This document shows, in pieces, positions 24,891-38,120 of a stretch of 64,000 nt of DNA. Location: assembly GCF_001447785.1 (NCBI RefSeq), contig NW_015168052.1, positions 249,736 to 313,735 of the forward strand, read 5' to 3'. The notes beneath the pieces were generated by a model. The model saw nothing but the letters and a program-made list of their open reading frames with translations, ran no database searches and had not been told where the DNA came from. Source of the DNA: Gekko japonicus (lineage: Eukaryota). Position 1 is the first letter of the stretch. The number at the start of each line of letters is the position of its first letter. The position numbers and the translations under genes were made by a program.

Positions 24891-25677
24891 GCATGCCATT
24901 CTTCTGTTCTAGATAAATCAGTGCCATCTGCTCAGATTGGAACTAGGTTTCTAACATCACAAGCAAAGTAAGGTCTTTCTTTAGGGCTGCTGCTCAAGAC
25001 CTTTTTTTCTAGAGACAACAGGGATCAAATTGGGCCCCTATCCATATACAGTTTATCTATATATAAAAATTCTATTTTTAGTGGCAACATTCCATGCCCT
25101 CCCTCAGTCATTGGCCAGTCAGCCACCACTCAAGAGTATTCACGTACCATTGGCTGGGTACTGGATCTGCTCCTCTTCCCCGCCCACTCCCCCTTCAGCC
25201 ACTGTGCCCCGTCAGAATTACAGGCAAATGGCTTTCTCTCTTGATGAAGGCACTTCTCCTGCTTGCCTCCTGTGTGGGACTAACTCTTCCTTCAGTGGCT
25301 GTAGGTAGGTGTAACAAAATGGCAGTTACCTGTTTTTGTAAGATGGCTGCTGTCTGTGGTTGGTTATTTAAAATGTTCCCTCATAAGGTTTAATTGAGCT
25401 GTAGTTCCAGAGAGGGGCCTGCAGAGGTATCACTCACTGGGTTGAATGGGGGTTCCTCATCTGCTGGACTACATTTCCCAGCTGCCCCAAGGCCAAAAAG
25501 TATGGGAAAAGAGGGACTATTCCCAGGGGCAGGGCAGCATCAATATATACTCCAGACCATCCAGCTGAGTTGTAAACTGGAGCCTGTTTCACCACAGTAG
25601 GCAGCCATCTTGGTTCAGACAAAGGAAGGAAACCCTTTGCAGGCCTTTGTGAGGAACTCATTCGGGCCAGTTCTGGC

Positions 25678-25891
25678 TAGGGTTGCCAGCTCCAGGTAGG
25701 GAGATTCCTGGAAATTTTCTGGTAGAGTCTATGGAAGCCAGGGTTTGGGGAGGGGAGAGGCCTCAGCTGAACAATATGCCATAAAGCCCACCTTCCAGAG
25801 CAGTTATTTCCGGGGGGGAGACGTCTGCTGTCGGGAGTTCAGTTGTGATACCTGGTGATCTTCAGGCTCCACCTGGAGGTTGGCTACCCTA
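25678..25891. mobile_element. TAGGGTTGCCA-family MITE (hAT-like)
   Basis: TIRs TAGGGTTGCCA / TGGCTACCCTA; related copies at 26.2-26.8, 32.4, 52.4 and 63.6 kb. Confidence 0.75.
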
Positions 25892-26099
25892 GGCGTGGCA
25901 GTCAGTGCTTCAGAGCAGGGTCTGCTAGATCCAGGTTCTTGCTGTAGAAGCTGAGTGGGTGATTTTGGACCAGTCACTTACTTTCAGCCTAACCTACCTC
26001 AAAGGGTTGTTGTGCAAGTCAAACAAGGGAGAAGAGAATGATGTAAGCTGCTTTGGTCTCCATTGCAGAGAAAGACTACTTTTCCTCCTGTGTAGAGAC

Positions 26100-26785
26100 T
26101 GCAGGTGGGGGGAGGAGATGGAAAGCTGAAGAGTGAGGGGGAAATAAAGGTAGGTTGATTATTAGCTGGGAGGGAGATAGGGTTGCCAACTCCAGGTGGG
26201 AAATTCCTGGAGATTTGAGGGACGGAACCTGGGGAGGGTGAGGTTTGCAGAGCAGTGGGAGATCAGACAGGTACAATGCCATAGACTCCACCCTCCCAAC
26301 CAGCCATTCCCTCCTGGGGAACCACTGTTGCCAATCTCCAGGTGAAGGGTGGAGATCACTCAGAAATACAACTGATCTCCAGGAGGGAGGGGGGAGGAGA
26401 TGGAAAGCTGAAATCAGAGGGGCAGATAATGGCAGGTTGATGCTTGGCTGGGAAGGGGATAGGGTTGCCAACTCCAGGTGGGAAATTCCTGGAGATTTGA
26501 GGGGTGGAGGCTGGAAAGGGTGAGGTACAATACCATGGACTCCACCCTCCAAACCAGCAATTTTCTCCTTGGGAACCTACTTTGCCAATCTCCAGGTGAA
26601 GGGTGGAGATCACTCAGAAATACAACTGATCTCCAGGAGGGAGGGCAGAAGTCAGCTGCAGTCAGAGGGGCAGATAATGGTAGGTTGATGGTTAGCTGGG
26701 AAGGGGATGGGGTTGCCAACTCCAGGTTGGAAAATTCCTGGGGATTTCAGGGGTGGAGCCTGGAGAGGGTAGGGTTTGAGGAGGT
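26100..26785 (+). repeat. Tandem triplication (~250-280-bp unit) of a MITE fragment plus flank
   Basis: GAT(A/G)GGGTTGCCAACTCCAGG at ~26177, 26458, 26706. Confidence 0.85.
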
Positions 26786-26888
26786 CGCCACAGCAAATTG
26801 ACACTGAGTGCCCAGGGCTTGGCACTCTCCCAGAGCCTCTTCCTAGAGCTCGTTGTATTTATTTTCACAACAGGCATTATTCCTAGTA

Positions 26889-26919
<31 letters not shown>

Positions 26920-27902
26920 ATACACACACACATACACACATACATACAGGAAGTCATATCTGTGCTTGAGGGTGGGAATATCTTAATATGTTGGCATTGA
27001 AATCAAAATGCCCAGTGTGAACTTCCTTAAAAGTATGCAAGAACCTCATCAAGACTTGATAATTCCTAGAAATTTGGTGGCATGCACTGAAAACTGAGAT
27101 GCAAGGACCTAGGGATTTCATTAGAAGATCTTTATGTGGGAAGGGGGGACTTCTGAAAATCCAGAAACTCGTTCCAAAAACAAAGGAGAGTGAAAATGCC
27201 AAAAAGTAATTGATTGCTGCCATATACACCCTGTCACCCAATCGGATGCATAATCCATCATATTGTCCCCTTAGACTTAATTATCCCAAATTTGCAAAGA
27301 ATGACACCAATAAAGCTGTGTTAAGCATTAACAAATCTTCCCTCTGCTTGCTTCAAAACCAAGTGTTAATTGCAAGCCTTCAGGGTTTGTAGAAATATTC
27401 AAGGGTGGCGTTAATTTGTATGACAACTTTATTTCTCTTTTTGGCACGCATGCGCACAGGCACAGAAGAAAATGTACAGCACCTATGCTAAAAAAATCAC
27501 ATTTTTAGAAGAGGGAATGAATAAGCAACAGAGCACATTTGCAGGTCTTTGAACTGAACTCATTTTCTTAAAGAGTTTGCCCTTTGTGGGAAAATTCCCT
27601 CAAGTTGCTCACAGCCACAACCCAAACAAGTAAATCATTTGTATGCACACAACTTGTTTTAATTAGAGAAGCCCAAGGGAGAAGGGGGAATCACAGCCTA
27701 TATCAGAATACCACCTGAGCTCGATCTAGATTTTTTCCTGCCTCTCTCTCTCCTGTTTTGCCTAAAGCCTGTGTCTCATTGTAATTAAAAGCAATTAATA
27801 TAAATTGAAAGTTGCATTTGTAAAGCTCCTAGGATGGACAGTAAAACCTTGGTTGATTCTCTTAGCAAATATTAATTGAATCCTTTGCCATTATGAGAAT
27901 GA

Positions 27903-28487
27903 GACTCCCAAGAGGCTTCCTGGGACACAGAGCAATTGCTCACAATTTCACAGGTTATCTCCAAGTCTTTTATGGTTGCTAGCAACCAAAGAACTTCCAA
28001 CAAGATGTGCTTTGAGGTCTCCAAAGTTATCAGGGCTTGAACAATAAAACCATTGGTCTGTGTCCCCACAGCCCTTTGCAATGAGCCACTCGAAGTGGCA
28101 GAGCAGAGGGTGGAAGGGACAGCACTATCCCCACAGCTCTGGATCAAGTCTTATCCCAAAGACTGGTTCCAGGGCCAGTTTACTGGCCAAACCATCAGAA
28201 TGAACATTTGGGGTGGCATACCGAAGAGAGTGCCAATACATTGGAAGGGCTCAACTCAATTAGAACCATCCATGGCATGGGAGATGACCACCGTCCCCTA
28301 CCAGAACCACAGTGTTGCAGGATGGGTTGAAGCCAAGGGCTGGACCCAGTTGGCAGCAGGGCAGACCCCCACAAGTGGATGGCATAACTTGACTGGGCAG
28401 CAAAATACCTTGAATAAGACAGATTGGTGCTCCCTGACCTGGCCTGGCCATAAATGCTCCCAGGTCAACGTAAGGTGCTTTGCCTAG
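27903..28487 (+). pseudogene. Possible retroviral env (SU)-like remnant
   Basis: ~195 codons with one in-frame stop (28038); Trp/Cys-rich, sequons NHS, NLT, NKT; no transmembrane-subunit motifs seen. Confidence 0.3.
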
Positions 28488-28523
28488 GCAAATGTCTTAC
28501 TTCAGCCTTACCTGCCTGACTCT

Positions 28524-28954
28524 GGCCCCGTTCATACGCGGCGATTTGGGCCAGTTGCGGGCCAGTTTGGGGGCGGATCAAAGCAGCGCGATCACACCAC
28601 CACATCTGGGAAGCGTTCTGCTTCCGCCCCCAAACTGGCCCAAACCCGGGAAGAACCGCCGCAAAATGAACCACCTACCTCGGTGGTTCAAGTGGACGCG
28701 GCGCTTCTTCCCGGGCGTCTGATCGCCGGCGCTCCCTTGCGCCGGCTCAACCCCGGGCCGGAGCCGAACTGCGCATGCTCCGACATGCGCAGATCGGCCG
28801 GCTCCCGGTTAGAGCCGTCTTTTCTCTCCGGCGTTTGATCGCGCCGGGGAGAAAAGGCGGCTCGGCCGGGGGATCCGTGGGATCCCGCCGAGCCGTATCA
28901 ACGTTGGCGCGGCCTTTAAAAGCCGCGCCTTTTCCCCTGCGTGTGGCAGGGGCC
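28524..28954. mobile_element. PIF/Harbinger-like MITE, GC-rich, multi-hairpin
   Basis: GGCCCC...GGGGCC imperfect TIRs, 3-bp TSD TCT. Confidence 0.75.
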
Positions 28955-31088
28955 TCTGTAACTCATTACACTTGACATCAAGCCTGCTTTGTTTCTTCAC
29001 CTGCCTTCTGCTCCTTTCCTGTCACTAATTCAGCTTTGACACTGGCCAGCAAGTGGTCTTAGGTCAACTCCTTTCTTAGGCACTGGAGACAGGCATTTGG
29101 GTGATGTTGGCTCCTGACCATGCAGGTACAAACAGCCTACCTGTGGACCACAGCTGTCACACAACCACCCCAAGAATCTACCGCAATGCAGGAAGTTTGA
29201 TGAAGGAAGAGAATTAAATCGAGGATCACGCTGGGAGAGAGATGAGTCAGGGCCCGTCTTGTCAACTGTCCTCCTGTCTCTGATTCATCCCTTGGACATG
29301 TAACCAGATTAGAGGCTGAGCTGAGATGAAAGGGATCCTCTCCCAGGATAACTAACCACAAGAAAAACAAACTGTTAGAGACAGCAAAGCGACACATAGC
29401 TTGAGAGGAGATGCATTCTTTGACTCTCAAAGATCCTGAATGGTGCGCAAACTCTTTTAAGCTCCTCTCTTTTTTGTTTCTCCATGTCTCTTTGCATCAT
29501 TCCCAGCCAGGGACTTAGATCGCAGAAACACAAAGCAAATGTCCCAGTGATTTCCCCTCACCCCAGACACTCAGTCTCTCTACAATTGGGCTGACACATC
29601 AGCATCCCACTGCATTACTCACTGATTAACGCATACTTGCACACGGCCCTTGGATGTAGTAAAAGCACTCACTACAATTAAGTGCTGAGCCCGACAAGGT
29701 TGCCAATTTCTACCATTCACTGGGAGAATTGTCTGACTCACTGGCTCTCCTCATCCAAGGCATTTAACAGGATGTTTAATCTGCTGCCGAGCCACCTTCA
29801 AATATCCACTTTGCCCTCCAGCAGTTTATAATAAAGAAGCATCCAAGAGGATTTTATTCAGAAGCATTTCTGGAAAACATGCACCCAAAGAGATGTTAAA
29901 TGGTGGGACACAGTAGATGACAGAACAAGTTATGACTCGGGACACACACACCTTGGTATTTAAATCTCACCTCTGCCACAAACTCATTTTGGTAGCCTTA
30001 GACAAGCCTCTCTCTCACTGCCCCCCCTTTCTAAAATGGATATTAGTGACGCTGGACTACGTTATAGAGTAGTTGTTAAGTATTAGCACAAGATAATGCA
30101 CATGTTTTGAACACTGAAATCCCTATAAGCATGGTAATTAGAACTATTCTAAGCTGCCAAACTATTGTCTTGAGAGAGGAAAGATACTTAATAGGGGGCG
30201 CTACAGATATTTGTAATTCCACCCTGGCCCCCTGCAAGGCAAAAGCAGCAAAGCTGTCATTGCGGGCATGAAGCTTTAAGAGTTTATTTTTGGTGGATTT
30301 GTACCCCCACCCCAAAAAGGCAGAGACTGAATTAAGCCATTTGTGCATGCAACGTGCACTTTAATGGTCTATATTTTTATATTTCAATTTTAGTCTCCAT
30401 GGTTGATTGTTGTGAGATGTTTTGAGTTCCACCATAAATAAACACAAATTTTTCACATATACTTTGCTCCCTATTATACTGCTGCTGAATGTAAAAAGAG
30501 ATGCTCAAGGAAGTCTACTGGAGACCAGGCACATGTGATATACAGCTATTATTATGTCGATTTGTATTGAAAAATTAGCATCAATCTAGACAATAAAAAC
30601 CACTGAAATGCACCTGGCAACTTATCTCCACAGGGAGCCTCAGAAACAAATTGGGGCCTTTTGCTGTTTTTAACATGGGGGGGGGGAATTGGGCCTGCAT
30701 TTCTAAATACAGATATTACTGAAGGAGTTACCCCTCCCCAGATGCAATCCCTGGGTACAACCAGGTAAAAGGATCAGGTAGATGACAATATAAAAGACCT
30801 CCATCTGAGATCCTGGAGAGCCCTTGCCATCCAGAGTAGACTATGCAGACACTGACAGATCCTAAGTCTGACTCTACATAAAGCAGTTCCAAGTATATGA
30901 TTGACCCAATGAGACCCAGATAATCAGAAGTAGGTATGATANNNNNNNNNNNNNNNNNNNNNNNNNNNNNNNNNNNNNNNNCCTACAGTGCAAATTTTAA
31001 ATTAAAAGTGCATAGGATTAACATACTGGCTATGAGTCCACCATCCAAATGCCACCTCAGTTGTTCTTACACAAGCCACCCTCTCTCA

Positions 31089-32181
31089 GGCTGATTCCAC
31101 ATTAGGGGTTTGCTTTCAGTTACCTGCGTGTTCTATTGGTCCGGATCTGATGCATGAGTTCTGCACAGCAGTGTACTCTCCACCATTTGTTATCTGTTTG
31201 CATCAGTTCTTGATTTCCGCATTCCCTACCTTTTCTGCCTTTCCCCAAGTTACAGCTCCTCGCCCGTCATTTTTCACTCTACCTTTAAAAAAAACAAATG
31301 CATGCATGGTTGCATTATGATGCACCACTAAGGGGCCTTCAGAGCTTCTTGTGGGCTTCCCGGGGGCAGATAATCAATAACAAATACACGCCTCATGATG
31401 CACCTCCAGTCTATTCATCGACCCAGTGCTAGAGACAGCCTGCTTTGCTTCTCGTTTTCTGCTCCTGGCGACAGCCTGCCTACATGTGTTTGGACGAGGC
31501 CTGGCTAATGCTGGTCGGCCGTCTGCCTGCCTTTTCTGCTCCAAGTGTGGTGCTTCTTACTTGGAGCTCTCTGAGGGGAGACGGGCGCGCTGGCAGCCTA
31601 CAAAGCCAGGGACTCCCTGCCCTTCCAGCCTGCGAGGGCAAGTGGCAGAGCAGCCAGGCTGCTTACTCCTTCCGGCTCGGCCAGCGGGGACCCCCTCAGA
31701 CAGCAGCTCCATGCTAATTGCTCAGCTCCCTGCCTGCCCACACCTCCACTAATTCCCCATTTCTCATTCTGCTGGGAGGCAGCTCGCGGAACAGGTGGGG
31801 GAGGGGAGGCTCCTGCCCTGATTGGCTCTACTGTGGCTAGACCCAATTGGCCAGAGAAGTAGGGAAGGGCGGGGAATGCTTTTTGGAAGCGAGCCAGCCA
31901 AACAAAACAGGGGAGAGGCAGGAAAGGGTGGGAAGGGGGAGGAAGGGGCAAGACTAGGCAAGCACGAATCCTGAGTTCCCCATTGGGATACCCCGGCTCC
32001 AACACCGACACACACAAAAAAGAAGAGATCATGAAAATCCCAGAAAAGGAAAGTGTGTGGGGGGATAAGCGCACATGATTGGGGGCAACTGGTGAACCCG
32101 CATAAGCATGTGGATAAACAATGGAGAAATTAAAAAAAAAATGGGTGTCCACGCAGGGCAGGAGATTGTGCAGAATCAGCC
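31089..32181. mobile_element. PIF/Harbinger-like non-autonomous element
   Basis: TIRs GGCTGATTC.CAC / GTGCAGAATCAGCC; 3-bp TSD TCA. Confidence 0.7.
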
Positions 32182-32373
32182 TCAGATTCAACTTCCCACA
32201 GGCAGCACAGGGACAATACAACTGTTCTACCTTACAGGGCTGTTGCAGGGATTATAGAGAGATCATTATGCCTTTAAAGCCTTAAACGGCTTGTGGATGG
32301 AATTATCACAGAACTGTATTCTCCAGTACTGTCCACTGGCCAACTGAGAACATTATTACAAACAGAAAACAAG

Positions 32374-32561
32374 TAGGGTTGCCAACCTGCAGTTGGGACC
32401 TGGAGATCTCCTGGAATTACAACTGATCTCCAGACTACAGAGAGCAGTTCCCCTGGAAAAAAGGCTGCTCTGGAGGGTGGATTCTAAGCTATTACCCCCC
32501 ACTGAGCTCTCTCCCATCACCAAATCTCCAGGAATTTCCAAATTTGGAATTAGCAATCCTA
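32374..32561. mobile_element. TAGGGTTGCCA-family MITE
   Basis: TAGGGTTGCCAA ... TTAGCAATCCTA. Confidence 0.75.
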
Positions 32562-33119
32562 CCTGCCAGTAGTCCCCTCACCTGTATGAATTATATTGGG
32601 GTCAGGAAAAGCCTGTCAAACCTTGCTATGCTTTGCTTGCTTCAGTTGCCATAATGGTTGGGGGAGGGNNNNNNNNNNATTCCTGAGGGTGGGGGTGAGT
32701 GTGTGGGAGTGTGTGAGACCTTTGCTTTTAGGAGATGTAACTTTCCACCAGACATGTCCTTCACCTCCTCTGTCTACGTTCCTAGGAGAAGTGACCTTGA
32801 GCACATTCTTGTACCATCTCGGACTCCTGATTACCAGGGCATATATCTCCCCTGGTTGGCATGGCAATTAGGCAAAGTGTGGATTTGACATATGATTGGG
32901 GGTTGGATGGGATCTGTTTGATTTTCTATAATATGATTGTACCCGCCAAAATATTTCAGTTCTGACATGGTGACTTTTGCATCTTGCATATGCTCTAATA
33001 AACTTATCACTGCCAAAGTGACAGTACCTCATTGACTTTTGGGTGAAAACTGTTCTATTTTCAATAGCCTTTATATCCACTTTTACTATGTTAATCTTGA
33101 CTTCTTCCAGGTTTTAGAT

Positions 33120-33213
33120 ATAAAAGAGCAGGAGCCCAGTAGCACCTCAAAGACTAACAAAATTTGTGGCAGGGTATGAGCTTTCATAAGTCACTGCTCA
33201 CTTTTTCGGATAC
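33120..33213 (-). mobile_element. Penelope terminal-repeat fragment
   Basis: CCAGTAGCACC...GACTAACAAAATTTGTGGCAGGGTATGAGCTTTC shared with 16.3 and 57.2 kb. Confidence 0.8.
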
Positions 33214-33414
33214 TTTTTACACTCACTTTTAGTATTCTAATTTCCTATCTGTGACCTGACCTTTACACATCTAACTTTTTATGCTGCTGATTTTCCAGTT
33301 ATAGTTTTACCGCTAAGAATTTTGTTGCTGAACGTTAATTGACATCAAACTTGCTGTGCATTTTACAGCTCATTCCCCATAGCAACCAGGGAGGAGGTGT
33401 GGGAGAGTGTGAAC

Positions 33415-33999
33415 TAGGGGTGGGCATTCGGCTAAAGCCAAACCGGAAAAATCACATAAGCCAAATACAGATCACAGTTCTGATCCGATAAAGCTGTAAT
33501 TATCCAGCTTTTTTTTGGGTTCATTTTGCTAACTGAAAAAGTCTCATTAAACCTAACAGCCGGCTCAGCCACCAGTCAGCTGTTAGGTTTAAATGCCTTT
33601 CTTTCCCTCCCCAAGATGAGGGAGGGAAAGAAAGGCATTGTAAACATGCCTAGGTTCCCTGCCTGCCTTTTTCCAGCTACAATCTGTCAGCTAGAGAAGG
33701 GAAGGCAGACAGCCAGGGTTTCCCTTGTCAATTTCATTCCCAGCTGACTGGTGGGGAGTGAAATTGACAGGGAAATCTGTAGGGTCTATCAGAGGGAAAG
33801 AAGACATTCTAACATGCCTCCTTTCCCTCGGGTGGTGTAAATCGGACCCAAATATATTCGGGAATACAGAATATAGCCCCAATCCAAATACCTTTCTGGT
33901 ATTTTACTGGGGAATTGCGGCATTTACCAATATTTTTCAGGTCTGATTTACCAGAACCTGAGAAATACCAGCATTATTTTTTTTTTTTGCACAACCCTA
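33415..33999. mobile_element. hAT non-autonomous element
   Basis: TAGGGGTGGGCA / TGCACAACCCTA TIRs; perfect 8-bp TSD GTGTGAAC. Confidence 0.88.
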
Positions 34000-35196
34000 G
34001 TGTGAACTGAAATGCTTTCACTTTTGGGTAGACTGCTAGCCTTTGCTTTGAAGTAACATGCACTCTTATCACCTCTGAGAACCCAGGCATCCTTGGGTCT
34101 CAGCTTCATCAGCTCGGCTTCATTTTACACATGGGGGGATGCCATAGTGAGGGGGGTTGCTGGCCATTGCTTTTGGTGGGTGGAATACTAAGGGGTGATT
34201 GGTCCTGGCCTTTTAGGGCCCCTGCTTGAACCTTGTATATCTATTGCATTCGCGCCTTTAACCTTAGTTCTAACACAGCCAGTGTTGGGTCTGGATCCTA
34301 TCAATGTCTCAATAAACTCATCATTCTCCAGAGTGAATGTTGTTGGGAACTGATTTATCCAGAAAATATGAAGAGATGGGGTAGAAATATTTTAAATACT
34401 AAAGCCTTATTAACCCACCTGACCCAGCTAAAACACCCTGCCTGTAATTTCTTCTGCTGGTTTCTTTTGCTGGGTAGCAGGCTGCAATAGAAAACAACAG
34501 GGAGGGAGGAGAACTAATTAGCTGATGTTGGCAGGGCTTCATATGTGTTCCAAGTACCATTAAATGCTAAGTGTTATTAATATGCAGCTCTTCCTCTGTT
34601 TGCTTGCATTACTTTTATCATCAGCCCAACTGTTTTCCTATTAACTCCTTACTCTCTTCCAAACAGTTTTCTAATAAAAGGGTTTGGGGGTTTTTTGCAG
34701 CCGGTGGTTTAAAACCCCATCAAGCCGAGCTTCTGTCCTCTACATAAATTACTGCCATTTAGGAAATTACTTTTGTCTCCACCTCTGTTGCCTTAAAAAC
34801 TGTAACTTTTGGCTGCCCCAAAAAGTCCGGGGTGTTCTATAAGTTAACTGAAATTAAGGAAAGCCAGTGGGATACTTTGTCCTCTGCCAAGATTTATATG
34901 GAGGCCAGACCTGCCTACTGCACCTGGGGAAAAAGTTATCCAGTTCTCTGTGTGTCAAATAATATGAAGGGCAAGGGGAGAGAGAGGCACTTGGAAGGGA
35001 AAAGGGATGGGCAGCTGCATTCTTAACCCTTCCCACAAATACACATATACAACCCTTCGTGTAATGAGGTTTCTTTCTAAAAAAAGGCAGAAAAGCAGCT
35101 AGAAGGGGAGGATTACCAGGGTGGTGAGACCAACAGCACCCCCCACCTGCCACATCATCTGCATATGCCCCTGCTGCTGCATAAATCTTCAAAGGG

Positions 35197-35382
35197 CAAA
35201 TAGATATTTACAAATGTTTCAGCCGTGCCAGCATAGCTACCAGTCAGCTAGCATGGGTCTGGGAGTCCACATCTGCCGATCTGGCATGCAGTTCTGGCCC
35301 ATGTGTGGCGTTATCCTGGCGCCATGCTAGCTGACTGGGTAGCTATGCTGGCACAGCTAAAACATTTGTAAATATCTATTTG
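35197..35382. repeat. Long inverted repeat (~60-bp arms)
   Basis: CAAATAGATATTTACAAATGTTT...GCTAGCATGG mirrored at 35323-35382. Confidence 0.9.
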
Positions 35383-38120
35383 TTTCTATTGATCTATCGA
35401 TACTCCAGAATATGTCCCAAATGGTTACAACATTGTTCTCCCATCTTCCAATGTACCTTTACAACATCCATTCCTTGTGGTAGGTCAAGCTAACATCCAT
35501 TCCTTGAGGAAGCGTGACCGGCCCAAGGTCACCCAGGAAGCTCCCAAGCCTTTCATGACGGAGCGAAGATTCGAGCTTGGGTCTCCCAGATCCTAGTCCG
35601 ATACTCTAGAGTCTGGCCATTACGCCACACTGACTTGACTTGGGCAGTATAATGAGGTGGAGATGGCTAACTTTGTCAGTGTCTTAAAATTAATCTGAGT
35701 TTTAAGGATCAAACAGATGATGCAAAGACCATCCATCTTGGCTTCCCCACAAGAGGCAAACTAGGTTCCCACAGTCTCAGTTTACGTTCTCTGCCTGAAA
35801 CTGGCTCTCATGCTTCACTATTAGCATTTTTAAAAGGAAAAAAAAAGACAGGTCCTTTAAAGAAGCACCCATTTGCCCTTAACTTCTAATATGGCATGTG
35901 TGTGTGTGTGTGGGGGGTTAATAATACCAGCCTAACATGGAGAATTCTTGTCCAGACTCCTGCATTTTTAAAAAAATGATACTGCTTAAATATGGCTTAC
36001 ACAGGGGCAGTGGGACTGCACACACCTCAAGTATCAACATGATGAGGAAAAATGAAGGCGTTCAGGTTACACAACACACCTGATATTGACCACACATACA
36101 TATCCCATGCTGATCTCCCTGCAAATTCCTCTTCTGCCCAAAATAGGGTTATGCAACACAAGCTGAATCCTAGGAGGCCTGATGCTCAGGACTGGCTGGG
36201 ATCATAATAGCTAATCAGTACGGCACATGGGATTTGATGCACCCTGACCAAGTTATTTACTGCTACTGCAAGCAGTTCTCTGGACTTCAGGGTGACCTTC
36301 CCAAATGCAAATCCACTTGGGGCTATCAAGTTGTTCAGCCCAGACTTGCTTTGCAGATGCTGATAAGAAAAGAAAACACATAGAAACAGGAAGCCTGTGA
36401 AAACTTTTAGTGCCACACTCTGCAGCAGTCACCCCTCCATACACTGTAAACATGCCTTGACATTCTCTGCTTCCCAGGGAGCTTAAAATATTCGGAGTCT
36501 CTGTAGAATGGAAATCCATAACAGATTCTCCCCCTGATAGATGCTGATTGACAAAGAGAAAGTTCTCGGGGATTGAGACAGTGGCTGGTTTGTGCAATCC
36601 TCTCGGGAGGCAGCCCAATTCACAAAGCCTGACTCCCAGGAGTGCAGGCAGCAAAATCGGCCTCAGGGCCTTCATCACTGTGACAGTCTTGCAAAAAGAA
36701 AAGGTTTCACGGGGGATGTTAAAAAGAGGCCAACAATAAAAACTGGGTGTCCATATGGAGAGGGATGGTGTAGTGAAAAGAAATCTAGAGGACAACAATT
36801 TATTCTGTATTTATTTGGAAGATGCACATGCTACTTCTCTAGAGACCTGCTCTAGAATCTTCATGTGCAACCTGAAAAAAATCACCTTTGAAGCTCTACT
36901 GATGACATTTGAGCTAAGTGTGGATGTTAATGGGAGACAGACTGTTGGAGAAAAATCAAATGGGCATATTGTGCTTTTGTGCAGACAATTAAATAGGATA
37001 TGCTCCAATTGTTACAAGAGCTTTTTACTGGTCAGGGTATGTGTGCTAGTTTCCTATCCTCTCCGCTTTTTTGCCTTTTGGGTTATGTGTATATGTGGTT
37101 TTGTATATGAACTGTTGCTTTACAGTGTTCTGATCCCTCTCCAGAGGCTCTAGACATCACCATGTTAACCAAAGGCATCCAATCTCTAACGAGCATGCAG
37201 ATGAACACAGGCACATGAACACTTAGACATCATGTAAGGCACAGCCTGTCATTTCATATTTTGTAGACACTGAGTACGTTTCACTACTGAAGATCTATTT
37301 TAGGACAATAATGCATCTCTTATACATCTTTATGAAGAAGATCAAATCCCCCTCTGACTTTAAATTAGCAGAAGACAGGCTGCGGTTGAGAAAATGAACA
37401 AACAGCATACAGAAGATGGAGAAGGGTCTTCAAGATGGAGAAGGGAAACTAAAAGATGATATTTACTATGAGAATTGGGATGTCACAAGCACATCCCTGT
37501 TGGGGGTTGATATGAGACTCTGTGAAGAACAACAAAAGTGCCACTGGACTCTAAATTTGTTCATCCAGCAGACGAAGCAGATTTACATAATCTTCTGCTG
37601 CCAGTGTAAATCATAACGCATTTGATGTGGCCAATCAGAATCCTGATCAGACAGCTGGTTTGGGAATATTATCCCTAGATCCACAGAAAGGGAAAGGGGA
37701 AAAGGGGACAGACAATGCACAGTTATAGACACAGTCTACCGTAATCTATTTACAGAGACGTCTGCCCTCCTGAATGGAGCACATGTTGTCCACTTAAGCC
37801 AAGATACATTAATTGTATCTGTGGTACAAAAACAGAATATCTGCTCATTAAGATAAGTGTTCCAAACATGTGATCCCAGTGGTGATGGCTGCAGAAATAA
37901 AAAGGGTGGTTTTATACAACCCTAGAAAAAACTGCTGACAACTGTTGCTTTGCCCTCCTGAATAAAAGGAAGGAAAGGGTTGAAAATCAGGGCAACAAGC
38001 TCTCATGAGGACTCGACTCCTGACTTCAGAAATCCTCAAAGCACTATAGATTCTCAGGATACAAAGTTTTACACCAGCTACTAGAGAACCAGCAGATGGA
38101 AAAGAATAGATGTATACCAA

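Noticed and set aside
31426-32221. Overlapping ORFs of 83-207 aa
   Set aside because: Lie in a GC-rich TIR element; low-complexity translations
36253-36798. 181-aa ORF as a secreted protein gene
   Set aside because: Non-ATG start, no recognisable domain, weak signal-peptide resemblance only
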